From: Octopus sinensis
Taxonomy: Eukaryota
Length of the DNA stretch: 64,000 nt
Direction of reading: 5' to 3'
Assembly (NCBI RefSeq): GCF_006345805.1
Contig: NC_043006.1
Location: 97,960,001 to 98,024,000 of the forward strand
The notes under the pieces were generated by a model. The model saw only the letters and a program-made list of their open reading frames with translations, did not search any database and had not been told where the DNA came from. Numbering within the stretch: the first letter of the stretch is position 1; each line of letters starts with the position of its first letter. Both the position numbers and the translations under genes were made by a program. Below are positions 1 through 14,125 of this stretch, piece by piece.

Positions 1-240
1 ATTATGGCTGGCATAATATTCCCGGGTCACTCTACCTTTATTCGCATTTCTTTCGTATACGTTTTCATCAATACCTAAGAACTTGCAGAATTCTTTCTGT
101 GGGAAAGAGGAGAAAGTGCGATCACCGATGCACCGGTTTTCGGTCTGTGAGATTGATTTTTCCCGTTCACCAATCAAATATTAACATTTCTTTTGGGCAA
201 ACCCAATCCCTATGTCAGCTGAAAATGTTATAAATACCAA
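1..240 (-). mobile_element. Decayed reverse transcriptase fragment of a Dong/R4-clade non-LTR retrotransposon
   Basis: Minus frame reads FSADIGIGFAQKKC*YLIGE...KEFCKFLGIDE...KGRVTREYY. This matches the FSxDIGMxFGxxKC...YKYLGI...KEY region that follows the YMDD motif in R4/Dong RTs; compare the intact copy at 63703. Confidence 0.6.
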
Positions 241-391
241 CTGTTTTTTTTTTTTTTGGCATTATAACGATATAGAATATGAAAACTTGTTCATTCTGAA
301 AATTTACAATTCTATATACCATATCTTTATGTTTATTTCTGTGAGCCACCAAGATATCCGTTCGGAAAAGGTATGCTGCTATATTCCCATG

Positions 392-491
392 AACACACAC
401 ACACGCACACACACACACACATACACACATACACACACACACACACAAACACACACACAAACACACACACAAACACACACACACACACACA
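392..491. repeat. Compound (CA)n/(CACACACAAA)n microsatellite
   Basis: Seen directly in sequence. Confidence 0.95.
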
Positions 492-1059
492 TACAGTATT
501 TCTTCTATTGTATTGTCTTCTGCCGAGCCGTTAAGTTACCAAGAGAGAATCTAACATCAGACGTCAAGTAGTAAAAGACAAGAACAATCACACACATACA
601 TGCACACGCACAGACACACAGATTCACACACGAGCTTATGAGTGTAATTATATTTTACAAATATATATGTAATTACATTTATGTATGTAAGTTAATATAG
701 GCACACATACATATATATTTATATTACATACACATGAAGATATATGTATGTATGTATGTATGATTATCTCCAATTCATTAAAACGAATATTCTTGGAGTC
801 AGTCTCTACTTATGTATACTTTTGGTTTAATTACACCAGCTGCTGCTTTTCCTAATCTTATGAAGTATATAATTTCCAATCAAAACAATTTTTTATTGAT
901 TCATCAATTCAGTTAATACCATTTTAAAATTTCTTATAAAATTGTTCAAAGGTCAATGAGTATTTTTGCTCGAAATAATAATAATAATGATAAATCTAAT
1001 TCATTTAGTTCTTATCTTCCTAAGATTTTTGTTATTTCTAGATTTGCTAATAATCTCTT

Positions 1060-1360
1060 GAGTTTGCCATGAGGTAGGAATTCCCACACCCTCACATGTC
1101 TGCATAGGCAGGTGAGATAGATGGTGTCAGTGTTAGTCTGGAGACTTTGTAATTTGATTTATTTAAACAAAACAAGAAAGGGTAATTATCATCGAGGTAG
1201 AATAGAAAAAAATCGTTTTGTATGCCAGAGGCTGGTGAGTGTGAGGAAGCATGTGACAGTCGGGTGAACCTACTTGGAATGCAGCCAAAGATGTATGGAG
1301 GAGAAGCAGTGGGGACAGCGTCGTAGACACTGGGTCTGAAACGAACTTTAGTAATCAATT
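1060..1360 (-). mobile_element. Possible 3' ORF2 remnant of an L2/CR1-group LINE
   Basis: Minus ORF ...PSRFTRLSHASSH...QNDFF...KVSRLTLT resembles the RxTR...SFF...FKxxVSRL C-terminus of L2-like ORF2; pattern match only. Confidence 0.3.
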
Positions 1361-2677
1361 ATTGGGGTCCTAAATAGTTTCAGATCTAGAAGGATAGGAC
1401 GGTCGCTACTATAGTTTATATATAACAACCCGACCCTTAACATGTTTTATGACCAGGCCCTAACCTCCATCAACGGCGGATGTGATCTGTTGGTCAGATT
1501 CTTATGACTATAAAGAGCAACATTCTACAGAATACTAAACAGCATAAGATTTCTTCGTGTAAGGCCAAATGCACGGACCCTGATGAAACTGCATTGACAA
1601 TATTAGAAGATATATAACTGGAAACACATCCATTACGTAAGAACTTCCTCAATATTATACCTCAGACAGTTCATACATAATAGATGCATTTCTTGATATG
1701 TGCTACGCAAAGCTTAAGCATACGTATTAAATGATACCAAGATATCACTATTTCCTCTGAATTTATTATTACGACTTATACAACTCGATGCCAGTACAAA
1801 CTAATCAGGCTTGAATCTACAAATGCGAGTACTCTAATAATTATTTGGAGTAGTTTTTTATATTAGAGTCGAAAATTCTGGGGCTGTGCACCGCTTCTTA
1901 ATGTAATATGAAATATATATATTTATTTCATACCCGCTTTCTTGTTCTCGCAATTAGCCATCGCTCGAAGCATTTCAGAGTATGTATCATGCGTGGATAG
2001 CACGTATGTGACGATTCAGGCCTATAAGTGACCTACTCTCTTTGGCACAAATGTTACACCCCCACACACGCGCGCGCGTACATACATCGCCACACACGAA
2101 TTTCCCCCTTTTGAATATTTCTATATAGATTAATTTCTTATATCATTACTGATACAAATTTATATTGCGTGATTTTAGAGCAAGCATTTTCTAGGTTTCT
2201 CTTTAGAAAGTCACGTTTCACAACTTAATAATATTCTGATTTTTTTCAAAGTTTATTCTTTCTATTACATCTTTATTTATGAAATTATGTTTTTCTTTTA
2301 GAATTGATCAATATTACCCTTACAGACCATTCTATTCAGTTACTCGCCCGATAATTTCTATTCATAACAGAGCCGTTTTCAAATTCAGAGATGTTATTTG
2401 CATAAATTCTTTCAGAAGATCAAACATATATCAAATATTAAAATGAAAACTTCTGTCAGTTGGTGCACGTTTTCAGCTATTGTTTCAGATATATTTATTC
2501 TAAAATTATTTGTTTCTCCTCTCGTACCTAATATCAAATACAACATCTGTTTTCTCGTTATACATTTACAATGAAGATACTCTCAATTAACAGATCATGT
2601 TTTGTTCTACCTTTCATTATACATACATACGTATGTATGTCTGTATTTATTTATGTATGTATGTATTATGTACGTAT

Positions 2678-2835
2678 GTGGCGTTGCTGTGTGGTAAGAA
2701 GTTAGCTTCCCAACCACACATCTCTGGGCTCATTTCCACTACGTGGAAACTTCGTCAAGTGTTTTCTACGCTAGCCTCAGGTCGACTAAAGCCTTGTGAG
2801 GTGATCTGGTGGACGGAAACTGAAAGAAGCTCATC
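2678..2835 (+). mobile_element. tRNA-derived SINE family 1, degenerate 5' half
   Basis: TGTGTGGTAAG head and GGACGGAAACTGAAAGAAGC block shared with full copies at 6189 and 10544. Confidence 0.75.
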
Positions 2836-2856
2836 GCACGCACACCGACACACACA

Positions 2857-2949
<93 letters not shown>

Positions 2950-3056
2950 CAGAATTTCGAAGTTACTTTTAAAATAATTATTTAATTGAACTACAATATA
3001 GAGATGATTTTGGTAGAGATGTTGCAGATTCTGACAACGCTTAGCAGATCTTGTAC

Positions 3057-3222
3057 CGTTCTTCACCGGGAATTGAAATCCCGTTATGTTATGCTTGGAT
3101 GCTAGGCTTAAACTGTCTTTCGACTTAACACTATCTGTCACGTGAATTGCCTTTAGCGACATTAACTTTCTTGCAAGCATTGGGACCAGGTCAATACCTT
3201 CTTCCCACCAACCTTGGCGTCT
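3057..3222 (-). CDS. Candidate coding exon, unknown product
   Basis: taattacag|AGA acceptor; open frame RRQGWWEEGIDLVPMLARKLMSLKAIHVTDSVKS...FPVKN; weak G|GTACAA donor; no recognisable family. Confidence 0.2.
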
Positions 3223-4435
3223 CTGTAATTAGTCTTGCATGTTTAATTAGCTTCTGGCTAAAAGATTTAAAAAAACATAACACTAATATCGATGATTCTA
3301 AGAATGCTTGAAAAATTCAGAATTGGTAAATCTCTGAGGTTACTCTTTAAAAATAAAAACATATAAGTGAACTACAGTTATTGATTAGCAGAGGCGTTTG
3401 AGTATGAAATTTAAGGCCACACGTCTTTGTACCCATGTCTGTGCTCTGAGGTGAAATTCCATCGAAGTCATCTTCGCCATATATCTATTGCTGGGTTGCT
3501 ACTTAATGCTGAGTTTCAGGGCAGTTAATTGGTGGAATTGATAGAGTTAGGCAATGCAGTTTATGGTATGGCTTGGTGTTCTTTGTGCGCTGATTTCAAA
3601 TACAGCACATTACTTAAATAGTAAACTTACAGCGAACCAGTAACACCGAATCTAAAAAAGCGTGCCCACGAAACTCCATTGAACTAAAGAAACTAATGAG
3701 GCATTAGTTCATAAAAGCACACCGCCCAACCGAAAAAAATATCAATAAACAAATGTTTAGGAAATATTTCCATTTTGCACGCATATTCTTTATTCGGCTG
3801 TTTTATACATATAAATCATAAATACATTGACATTAAAGAAGATTTCTTAGCAATCAGTTGTATTTTAAGGTTTGATCTCACTGCAAGATAGCTAAAATAT
3901 AAGGGACAGATACAAATATGAGTATTGAAGTAGGTTCGATCGACTAAACTCTGTAGAACGTTGCACTTATATGAACGTACCGCAATGACTGAAGTAAAAG
4001 AAAAAAAAAAAAACAAAGAAGAAGAAATGGAACAAACAACCGATACGAATATTTTCAGTACCTTCAAAGTTGATGTGAAAAAGACTTTCGGAAAGAAGAG
4101 AATTTGAATTTGAATTAAATTCTATATCAATATATCAACACGCAAATGTCGCACAGACAGCACTTATATGCACATACACCCAAAGATACACACATATGCA
4201 CATGTGTCTCTGTGTTCTTTTGATGTGTGTATATATATCTATGTATCTCTGTGCCTGTTTTTAAGTTTGTGTGAAGATGGTGGGGCCGGAATGGCGGAAT
4301 GGTATATATATCTATTCACGACTACATAGGCACCTAATCTATTAAATGTTGCATAGAATATGCAAGTAATAGTCACCTGCATATAACATCTATCATTTTT
4401 GGTTTACGTAAACACATACACGCTCACGCACACAC

Positions 4436-4437
4436 GC

Positions 4438-4502
<65 letters not shown>

Positions 4503-4570
4503 GGGCTTTCATATACAAATACATTGCTTACACCCATACACATATATATGTATATGTATATATATGTACG

Positions 4571-4631
<61 letters not shown>

Positions 4632-4670
4632 ATATATAATATATATTATATATATTTATGTAATATATAT

Positions 4671-4722
<52 letters not shown>

Positions 4723-4745
4723 ATATGTATGTATGTATGTCGATA
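4436..4745. repeat. Long imperfect (TA)n/(TATG)n microsatellite
   Basis: Seen directly; similar tracts at 7850-8014, 11424-11681, 12005-12488, 27992-28228, 36468-36763, 46170-46510, 49070-49250, 50730-51040, 57960-58357, 61490-61622. Confidence 0.95.
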
Positions 4746-4911
4746 TATAATACTTTCTTCGTAGGAAAACTAGTTTCTTAACAGAAATATTTTATTCTAA
4801 CTCGTCTGAAACCAACTGTCGGCTATCGCAATACTCTAATATTCTGTACCACAGTTACATAACTTTGAGAATTCTTCCGAGATGGAGAAACTAAATTAAC
4901 TTCGTGGCAAC

Positions 4912-5016
4912 CTGACAATGCTGTGCGGTGTTAATTCCCAGATGAAGTGCATTCACTTCACTTATGCCAACATTACTTTTGGGAAATTCACTGACGTTAA
5001 CACCTCCCGCATTCCT
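4912..5016 (-). CDS. Candidate 105-nt phase 0/0 coding exon, unknown product
   Basis: tatttacag|AGG acceptor, CAG|GTTGCC donor, one open frame RNAGGVNVSEFPKSNVGISEVNALHLGINTAQHCQ. Confidence 0.2.
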
Positions 5017-5173
5017 CTGTAAATATAGACATTTTGTTTATAAACAGAAAGAACCAATTTATTTGTATTTCGTATGGCCAATGTTTTCCCAAAAGTTTTA
5101 AACTGCTGGACTAAAAACGTTGCTTCTGTCTTTCCATTTCTAATTCAGCCGGGGTCATTTTACCATTATATAC

Positions 5174-5207
<34 letters not shown>

Positions 5208-5487
5208 GTGTGTGTGACGTATGTCTACACAATGCGACTTAACATAGTGCGTTTTTTCATGAAGGCAATGAATGTTCGTACAGGTAAAATAAATTAAAAT
5301 CTTGAAACATTTACATGAGAAGCCTACGTAGTTTCGCTACACCAAAGAAACTGCTGAGAAATGATCAAACACTAAAGAATAACACGTATTTCAAATATAT
5401 TTTAGACCGAACAATAAAACAATAAAGAAACGCTAAAAGTGTAACACAGCTGAAACAACTTGTATTACCAATGACCACGCAAGTTAT

Positions 5488-5771
5488 AATGTGTATTCTT
5501 TTCTTTCTCGTCCTTTTCAAGCCTAGCCAGGCTCATGGGCCCGGTTTCCCGGTTTCTGTGGTATATGTGTTCCCCCCAGCTGGACGGGACACCAGTCCAT
5601 CGCAGCGTTACTCAAGAAACAGGAAGAGAGAGAGTGAGAGAAAGTTGGGGCGAAAGAGTACAACAGGGGTCGCCACCACCCCCTGCAAGGAGCCTCGTGG
5701 GGCTTTAGGTGTTTTCGCTCAATAGACACACACAATGCCCGCTGCCCTAACTGCTGGGCCATTGCGTCTCC
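5488..5771 (-). mobile_element. tRNA-derived SINE (head B + body B + tail Z)
   Basis: Head GGAGACGCAATGGCCCAG and body match 48044; the 3' part (GCGATGGACTGGTGTCCCGTCCAG...) differs. Confidence 0.75.
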
Positions 5772-5842
5772 ACATAACGTGTATTGCCTGTGGAAAAAAA
5801 AACCTTATTAGTATGAAAATATGAAGAGGTAATCTAAACTCC

Positions 5843-6185
5843 AAAATTTGATAATATAAAAACAAACCAATTAAGTATTTAAAAAAATAACAGAACCTAA
5901 ATGCGGAAATCTGGAAGCAGTCATAGCAGTTTATATATTAGTTGTGCCTACCAATTATCAAATGAATACGTAGTTTATAAGAATGGGCCCATGCTCAAAA
6001 ACTCAAACTGCAATATATATTATATCCCAATTGTAACCGCCCAGTATTAAGATAATATAAAAACACACAATTTAAGCATTCTTAAAAATAAACAAGCCTA
6101 CATGTCTGGAAGTCTGAAAATGCATAATGAGGTTCATAAATTTATAAATTTAGTTGTATGTATCTAATGAATAATTATTATAATA
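5843..6185 (+). repeat. Diverged tandem duplication, period about 200 bp
   Basis: GATAATATAAAAACA...ATTAAG(T/C)ATT...AAAAATAA...GGAA(A/G)TCTG...TTAGTTGT occurs at about 5848 and 6052. Confidence 0.6.
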
Positions 6186-6188
6186 AAA

Positions 6189-6590
6189 GGCGCAGAAGTG
6201 GTTGTGTGGTAACTAGCTTGCTAACCAACCACATGGTTCCAGGTTCAGTCCCATTGCGTGGCATCTTGGGCAAGTGTCTTCTGCTATAGCCCCGGGCCGA
6301 CCAATGCCTTGTGAGTGGATTTGGTAGACGGAAACTGAAAGAAGCCTATCGTATTTTTGTATATATATATGTATGTGTTTGTGTGTCTGTGTTTGTCCCC
6401 CTAGCATTGCTTGACAACCGATGCTGGTGTGTTTACGTCCCCGTCACTTAGCGGTTCGGTAAAAGAGACCGATAGTATAAGTACTGGGCTTAAAAAGAAT
6501 AAGTCCCGGGGTCGATTTGCTCTCGACTAAAGGCGGTGCTCCAGCATGGCCGCAGTCAAATGACTGAAACAAGTGAAAGAGTAAAAGAGT
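6189..6590 (+). mobile_element. tRNA-derived SINE family 1, full length
   Basis: GGCGCAG..GTGG.TGTGTGGTAA head with A/B-box-like motifs (GGTTCAGTCCC), internal (TA)(TG) microsatellite, tail GGTGCTCCAGCATGGCCGCAGTCAAATGACTGAAACAAGT-(AAAAGAGT)n. Confidence 0.95.
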
Positions 6591-6874
6591 ATGAACCCAT
6601 TATCAAGAATTAAGTAGAAAAAATACAAGACGTATGATAACTAATCTATTATATACGAACACTAATAAAAATAATTTAAAACATTCAAATTAGTCAATAT
6701 TAGAAATAATGAGATCCAAAGTCAGACAGAAAAGCTGCAAGCACACAGCACGATTTATGAATTTTGTTATTAAACTGTTGTGTTGTTACTCCAGTTGTTA
6801 TATTGCCGATGTAAGTACAAGTTTTATAGTCCGAATCGATATTTTGTAACGGACTATATTATAGAGTATGTGAT

Positions 6875-7370
6875 GGCGCATGGCTCAGGTGTTACAGCGT
6901 CGGGCTCACAATAATGAGGAAGTGAGCTCGGCACTTTTTTCCACGTTACTCTAGTTCACTCAGCTGTAGAAATGAGTTGCGATATCATTGGTTCCAAACT
7001 GTATCGTCCTTTGCCTTTCCATTGGCGTGGAGAACGGGTCTCGGAAGTGAACTTTTTAGGTGCAATCTTAGTGAAGACACATGGCTTAGGGAATGAGCGT
7101 CGGGTTCAAAATCAAAACGTAGAGAGTTCGATTCTCGGATCAGGCTGTGTGTTGTGTGCTTGAGTAAGACATTTTACTTTACGTTACAGTTGGTACAAAA
7201 CTGTATCGGCATTTGCCTTTCCCTTGGGCAACAACGGTAGCGTGGAGAAGGAAGTCTGGTACTCATGGGCAACTGTTTGTCTTTCAAAAACGACCTTGTG
7301 TGGACTTGTGCTTTGGAGGGAAAATTTCTAGGTACAGTACCATAAACATTCATAACCGAAGGGGATCTTA
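6875..7370 (+). mobile_element. Two tandem degenerate SINE family 2 copies
   Basis: GGCGCATGGCTCAG head at 6875, second head at about 7078; CACTCAGCTGTAGAAATGAGTTGCG and GCCTTTCC blocks shared with 21051. Confidence 0.75.
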
Positions 7371-7890
7371 GTAAATATCATAGAATATTTCACAGAGCTT
7401 CAGAAAGAAAGAGTTGTAGAAAATATATCTATGCTCCATTCTGGAAACAACAAAAATAGACGACTAATCACGCAAGCAATGTCAGCTCACTTAGCCATTT
7501 GACAAACAATTACCCACTACAATTCTGAAGTAATTGGCAAATGCGCAACATTCAAATGATCGTAGTAACATCACTACCAGCACCGAACCCGCCCAAAATA
7601 GCCCACAATATCTATTATATACAAAATGAGGCTGCCAAGATACAAAGAAGTCGGCTGTAGATTTAAGGATATTACCTTTCCAAACAACTATCAAGTAATT
7701 TACATGGAATTGCGAATAAAAAAAGAGTAAATCAGAAAATTTGCATACAAAAGTATTTTTCATGCATGTTTAAAGGAAAAGCGGTCCCCCTACAAGGACA
7801 CGCACGCTCGAACGCACATACACACACAACACGAATATATTTATTTAAATTCATATATATATATATATTTATATATATGTATTATATATA

Positions 7891-7929
<39 letters not shown>

Positions 7930-7944
7930 TATATACATATATAT

Positions 7945-7992
<48 letters not shown>

Positions 7993-8659
7993 CATATATG
8001 TATATATATATATGTAACGCGCGAGAGAGAGAGACAGAATAAGATTCAATAGACTATCACCCAACGAACAAAGTTGGCTTATCCTTAAGTATGTGAAATC
8101 AATAGATATAAAAGAGTATAATATTTTTTTTAACAGAAATGAAATTTCAAAGAAAGCTATTACCCTCCATTAGCTTGCTATATGCTTATATTTATATTTT
8201 TTGCTTCTTAAAATGTCTGGCATCATATACACCACATAACCAACCGTGATTCTTCTGTCTTGGATAAAAATGGTATTGATGGTTTTTAAAAATAAAATGA
8301 ATGAAAAATATTTTAAAGAAGCCATGATTTCTTGACATTTTAACTTGTTTCACTCTCACTGTAGGAAGTTCATCTGAGATTTTTTAAACAGAGAAAAAAA
8401 TTCAAACGTAAAGATAAAATTAAAGTAGTAAATAAGGAATGATGATGTAATAATATACAAGAAGAAAAATATATTTAGAAGGGAAAAGGAATATTTAGAA
8501 AAAAAATTGACGAATTTTCGGAAGTCTATAGAACAAACGTCTTTAAGACGTAAATATCTGTTACTGACGACATTCAATGCAAGATACATGAACTAAATGT
8601 ATGCAGCGCTCTGAATCTATGCACCTGGAAGCACCTAAATGTTTATATTCAAATAGCAT

Positions 8660-8694
<35 letters not shown>

Positions 8695-8895
8695 TATATG
8701 CGTATGGAAATGATAATCAATACTTTGTAAATAGTAAGACGTATTTTTTCACTTCCAAAAGAGAATGAGCGTGCTTATGTGTAAATACAATTAGCGAACG
8801 TATATCTGTGAGTTATATTGACATGAAGCATCTTTTGTGTGTACGGATTACTTTATGTTTGTGCTCATATGTATTAGCTTACTCTAATATTATGA

Positions 8896-9295
8896 ACTAG
8901 CAGTATCGCCCGGCGTTGCTCGGTCTTGTAAGGGAAATATCTATATAAGCATTTTTAGAGATGTAAAGTATAATAGCCATCTCAATATGGCTAACCACAA
9001 GGAAGGGGGTGTTACTGTAGCTTTTAACGTTCTGAGATTTAATAATAATTTTTTAGAGAGTTACTTCCCTTATATATGCCAAAAATGCATTAAAAATGGG
9101 AAAAATTGATGGTATGTTTTTTTTTTAAATCGTAGACTCATCGTAGACGTGCGCTAATACCCAAAAGGGCTCGATATGAATCACGACTATAAGATACCAG
9201 GTTTTGGTTAAACTGCACCGCAAAATGTGGGAGTAGTTAGGAATCTAAATCGTAGGAGACAGACAGCACACAACCTCACTTTTTTATGTAAAGAT
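8896..9295 (+). mobile_element. Non-autonomous Helitron/Helentron-like element (Lep1/HINE-like architecture)
   Basis: 5' ACTAGCAGTATCGCCCGGCGTTGCTCGG, 3' AGACAGACAG...TTTTATGTAAAGAT; second copy at 26967. Confidence 0.6.
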
Positions 9296-9813
9296 ATAAT
9301 AATAGTGCGTTGCCAGAACAGACACAACGACAAACTAAGTGTTTTGCGGTGAACCTTTTCAACGGTACCCTCCGTCCTAGGATTCCAGCATTCTGATAGT
9401 TGAAAGTTTCTCATGTCGCAAAAGATCATAACTTAAGGACAAAATGTATTATAGAGACAAATCCATTGTTATTATAGCAAATATAAAGCAAGGTACCACA
9501 CCACATACCACACAAACACACACACACACACATACACACACACACAAACTCGCACCCGTTCACACAAACGTACACACATATATATATATTAAACGTGCAA
9601 AAAACAGTGTTGAATGAAACATGGTTAGTTAACATGTTCGTATGCATTTAAACATGGAAAAACTATAGGCTGCGAACGTTTTCCTGAATGAAAACATTAC
9701 CTTCGTAGACACGCACTCATAACATCATCTGTAAGAAAAATATTTTACCGTGTAGTAAATGCCTCTCCATGTCTGATGTACAGAAGTTAAATATAACTAC
9801 ATAAATGTACATG

Positions 9814-9859
<46 letters not shown>

Positions 9860-9896
9860 GTCTGTCTGCCTGCCTGCCTATTTATCTATCTTTCTA

Positions 9897-9943
<47 letters not shown>

Positions 9944-10084
9944 GATAACAGTTTCTTTACCTTAAGTTGCATATGTGCGTAGGACACGTATAACTTATCA
10001 GATGGAAGAGCAGTGTAAGAATTCTTAAGTTTCTCCAAAAAATTAAAAGATGCATATGAAATCTCATTTACAAAAATAAATACT

Positions 10085-10378
10085 GGTGCTCCGTCGGTTA
10101 CGAGGATGAAGGTTCTAGTTGATCTCATCAACAGAACAGCCTGCTCGTGAAATTAATGTGCAATATATATACCCTTAACGCAGTTCTCAGAGAAATTCAG
10201 TTTGACACAGAATATGACAAGGCTGGCCCCTGTGAAATACAGGTGCCATTCATTTTTGCCATCTGAGTGAACTGGAGCAACGTGAAATAAAGTATCTTGC
10301 TCAAGGACACAACGCGTCACCGGGAATTGAACTCACGATCTTACAATCATGAACTGAATACTCTAACCACTAAGCCAC
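10085..10378 (-). mobile_element. tRNA-derived SINE (head A + tail Y)
   Basis: Reverse complement of the 49823 element: GTGGCTTAGTGGTTAGAG...GAGTTCAATTCCCGG...TTGAGCAAGATACTTTATTTCACG...AACCGACGGAGCACC. Confidence 0.85.
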
Positions 10379-10543
10379 TGAAAAGTATATATTTTGATGT
10401 TAAATCTAGAAAAGAGGAATTCAAAGATGTCGTTACCAGGCAAATAAATAATTGTTTCAAAGGAATGAATTGAACACTTATTTATATCGTCAGGTGGTTT
10501 CTTATTGATGACTTTTCTTCTTATTTTAGAAACATTGAGAGTA

Positions 10544-10718
10544 GGCGCAGGAGTGGCTGTGTGGTAAGTAGCTTGCTTACCAACCACATGGTTCCGGGTT
10601 CAGTCCCACTGCGTGGCACCTTGGGCAAGTGTCTTCTACTATAGCCTCGGGCCGACCAAAGCCTTGTGAGTGGATTTGGTAGACGGAAACTGAAAGAAGC
10701 CCGTTGTATACATGTATG

Positions 10719-10751
<33 letters not shown>

Positions 10752-10963
10752 TTGTGTGTCTGTGTTTGTCCCCCCACAACATTGCTTGACAACCGATGCT
10801 GGTGTGTTTATGTCCCCGTTACTTAGCGGTTCGGCAAAAGAGACCGATAGAATAAGTACTGGGCTTACAAAGAATAAGTCCCGGGGTCGAGTTGCTCGAC
10901 TAAAGGCGGTGCTCCAGCATGGCCGCAGTCAACTGACTGAAACAAGTAAAAGAGTAAAAGAGT
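10544..10963 (+). mobile_element. SINE family 1, full length
   Basis: Near-identical to 6189, 33235, 43649 and 60660. Confidence 0.95.
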
Positions 10964-11423
10964 ACGGAGAGTAATGTAGAGGAAAATGGATCCTTAAATG
11001 TGTTTAATAGCCAAAACATTTTAACTGCTCAAGTGAAGGGTAAATTATTCAACTAAATATCTCGATTGATTGTAGAAATGAAACACAGTGTAGATAAATC
11101 AATAAAAATTAGCAGAAATTTGATTTCTAAATTCGGCCAGAAGAAATACAAGCGCCACTTTACAGAAATACAGATGTAAACAGCTGAATTCAGACAGAGC
11201 CACAGCGTATGTTGAATGAGCACTTAAGGATACAAAAAGCAACGCTAATCATGGAGTCATTTGATACGTGAATTCAGAAAGCCATTCAATCAGGTAAACT
11301 ACGTTTTTAGTCATCTGGATGGTTATATTAAATTCCTTTGAATTTCGAATAATATTGTCCATTATTTGTGGGAGCCTGTCAAGTATGCCTGGCATGTTTA
11401 GGTAATTTCATCATATCTGATTA

Positions 11424-11456
<33 letters not shown>

Positions 11457-11484
11457 ATATATATAATATATAATATATATATAT

Positions 11485-11627
<143 letters not shown>

Positions 11628-12011
11628 GTATATATATAATATTATAATTATATATATATATATATATTATATATATATATACAGGGAGTGAGAGAGAGCT
11701 GATAGATAGAGATACATATATACCAATGTCTAGTGTTAGTATGGCAATGCTTATAATGAAGACGTTTGATGCCATCTTTTGAAAAAATTTCATCTATACA
11801 GAAGTTTTAAAAGAAGGACAATTGTTTAATATTCGTATCTTTCAATAGATTCATTTACTCACATTTACCTGCATTTATTATTACATTATTAGACAGTGCA
11901 AGCTAGTTTCCAGTTTAGGCTAGAATACACGTAGTGTTTTCACATACTCTCACGTACAGCTTTGTAGACATACAACCACTCACACGCCATTTTAATATGT
12001 ATGTGCGTATA

Positions 12012-12087
<76 letters not shown>

Positions 12088-12408
12088 CATATGTATTTAT
12101 GTATGTATGTACGTCAGTATGTATGTATGCGTGGTGTATGGGTGAAGTGGTCTGTATGTAAATATATGCGTGTTACCATATTTGTCTCCCTTCTTTCTTT
12201 AGCACTCACTCTTTTCCCCTTCCTCTCACACTTACACTATTTTTCATTCCATCCCGCTACATTTGTCTGTCTATGTAACCGACTATATCATGCGCTCCAC
12301 CATTCTCGCTACCGTTTTATCAGTCTCTTTTCTCCTCCTTTTGTATCACTCTCATATATATATATATATATGTGTGTAAATATATGTATATATATATATG
12401 TATATATT

Positions 12409-12476
<68 letters not shown>

Positions 12477-13016
12477 CGTATATATATGGATATACCGTAG
12501 CACTTATCGAAGTGTTGTCATCGTGTGAAAAATATTGACTTGCTTTTAAGAAATCTTTGTAAATATGAACTGGAAAACAGGACTTCACAACTCACTTCGA
12601 AGAGTTTATTAAAAACAAGTTTAAAAAACAAGGCGAAGTAAAGAAAGAAAAATTAAAAAGGAATTCTGAAGCATTCTATTGCATCAGTAATAACATTTAG
12701 TGTGTGACAAAATCTAAAGTGTAAAAAAGAAAACAGATGTATAAATATGGACGACGGAACATTGAAAATACAAAATAAAAATAATTAAAACAGATTTTAA
12801 TGCAAAATATATATATATATATATATAAAAAAGCAGCTCACCAAATTCTTTTTCTTTTAAATTTCAAAAGAAATGTTACATTATAGGAAACATTTTAAGG
12901 AAAGTTACAATGCACCAAATAGCATTTTCAACTTTCTTGCATAAAGAAACAAATTTGATTATAAAGTAAAGTTTAGAGATCTTTGAGGCGCACTAATGAG
13001 TTTTTATCTTCTGTAT

Positions 13017-13118
13017 CATTATTATTATTATCATTATTATCATTATTATTATTATCATTATTGTTATTATTATTATCATTATTATTATTATCATTATTAT
13101 TATTATTATTATTATTAT

Positions 13119-13155
<37 letters not shown>

Positions 13156-13250
13156 TGTTGCTGTTGTAGTAATAGAAGTAGTAGGAGTAGGAGGAGGGGG
13201 AGGAGGAAGAATAATAGTAGCAGCAGTGATGGCAGTAGTATTGTTAGTAT
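13017..13250. repeat. Compound (ATT)n/(AGT)n/(AGG)n trinucleotide tract
   Basis: Seen directly. Confidence 0.95.
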
Positions 13251-13685
13251 ATTGATAGCAATCTTTGCTGCATTACTAATAGATACAGCTCAAAATAATA
13301 GCATGGAATATATTGGGTTAAAAACCTCTTCGATAGAAAATGTTCGGCAAGGAATATTCTGATTTGTATTCCGAGGGTGGAGTTTTACATCGTTTTTTTC
13401 CATACCAAGTAATTTTTTCTTAACATAATATATAACATGCTATTATTATGAGCTATATCAATTGTGAAACTATAGCTCTCAACACTTCGAGGCTCGTTCT
13501 TAAAGTGTCACATAACATTCGGATATGAATAATATGTTTATAAAAGATAAAAACATACCAAGATAGTGTTGAGTCTAGTTGTGTATGAAAATATGTAAAT
13601 AATTTAATTACAATCATAATTAAATTAATTTCTACCTTTTTACCACACACACACACCTAGATACACACACACATATATGTATATA

Positions 13686-13832
13686 ATACAAAATGGGACA
13701 AGAAAGCAAAGCATCCGAAAAACTAGCTGATACAAAAAGGGACTACAAAACATCCAGATAGACGATGTTTTCTTGTCCCTTTTTGTATCACCTAGTTGTC
13801 CGGATGTTTTGCGTTCTTGTCCCATTTTGTAT
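13686..13832. repeat. About 147-bp imperfect hairpin element flanked by (TA)n
   Basis: ATACAAAATGGGACAAGAA...GATACAAAAAGGGAC..AAAACATC pairs with GATGTTTT..GTCCCTTTTTGTATC...TTCTTGTCCCATTTTGTAT; loop about 9 nt. Confidence 0.9.
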
Positions 13833-14125
13833 TTTATATATTATATATATATATATATATATATCGGCGTACGTACGCTTTGTTCTCTCTGATATATATA
13901 TATATATATATATATAATGTGAAATAGAAAGATGAATAATCTTGTAGTAGATTAATCAAAAGTTTAACCGATACCTTAGTAGCAAAAATCACAGCAGTGA
14001 ACAGCACGGTGGAGGTACAACCATCTGGCGTTGCAACCGTGCGTTGGTGCGGATAATTGAAATTAAAACATTATTGGTGAATTGAAGAAATGGAGCTGAA
14101 CGCAGATTGAACAGAAATCGTTTTA

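Noticed and set aside
1580-1615. CTGATGA...GAAAC hammerhead candidate
   Set aside because: No helix II or helix I pairing.
13864-13891. 28-bp insert with a GCGTACGTACGC palindrome between TA tracts
   Set aside because: Too short to assign; may be a microsatellite mutation or an extreme truncation.
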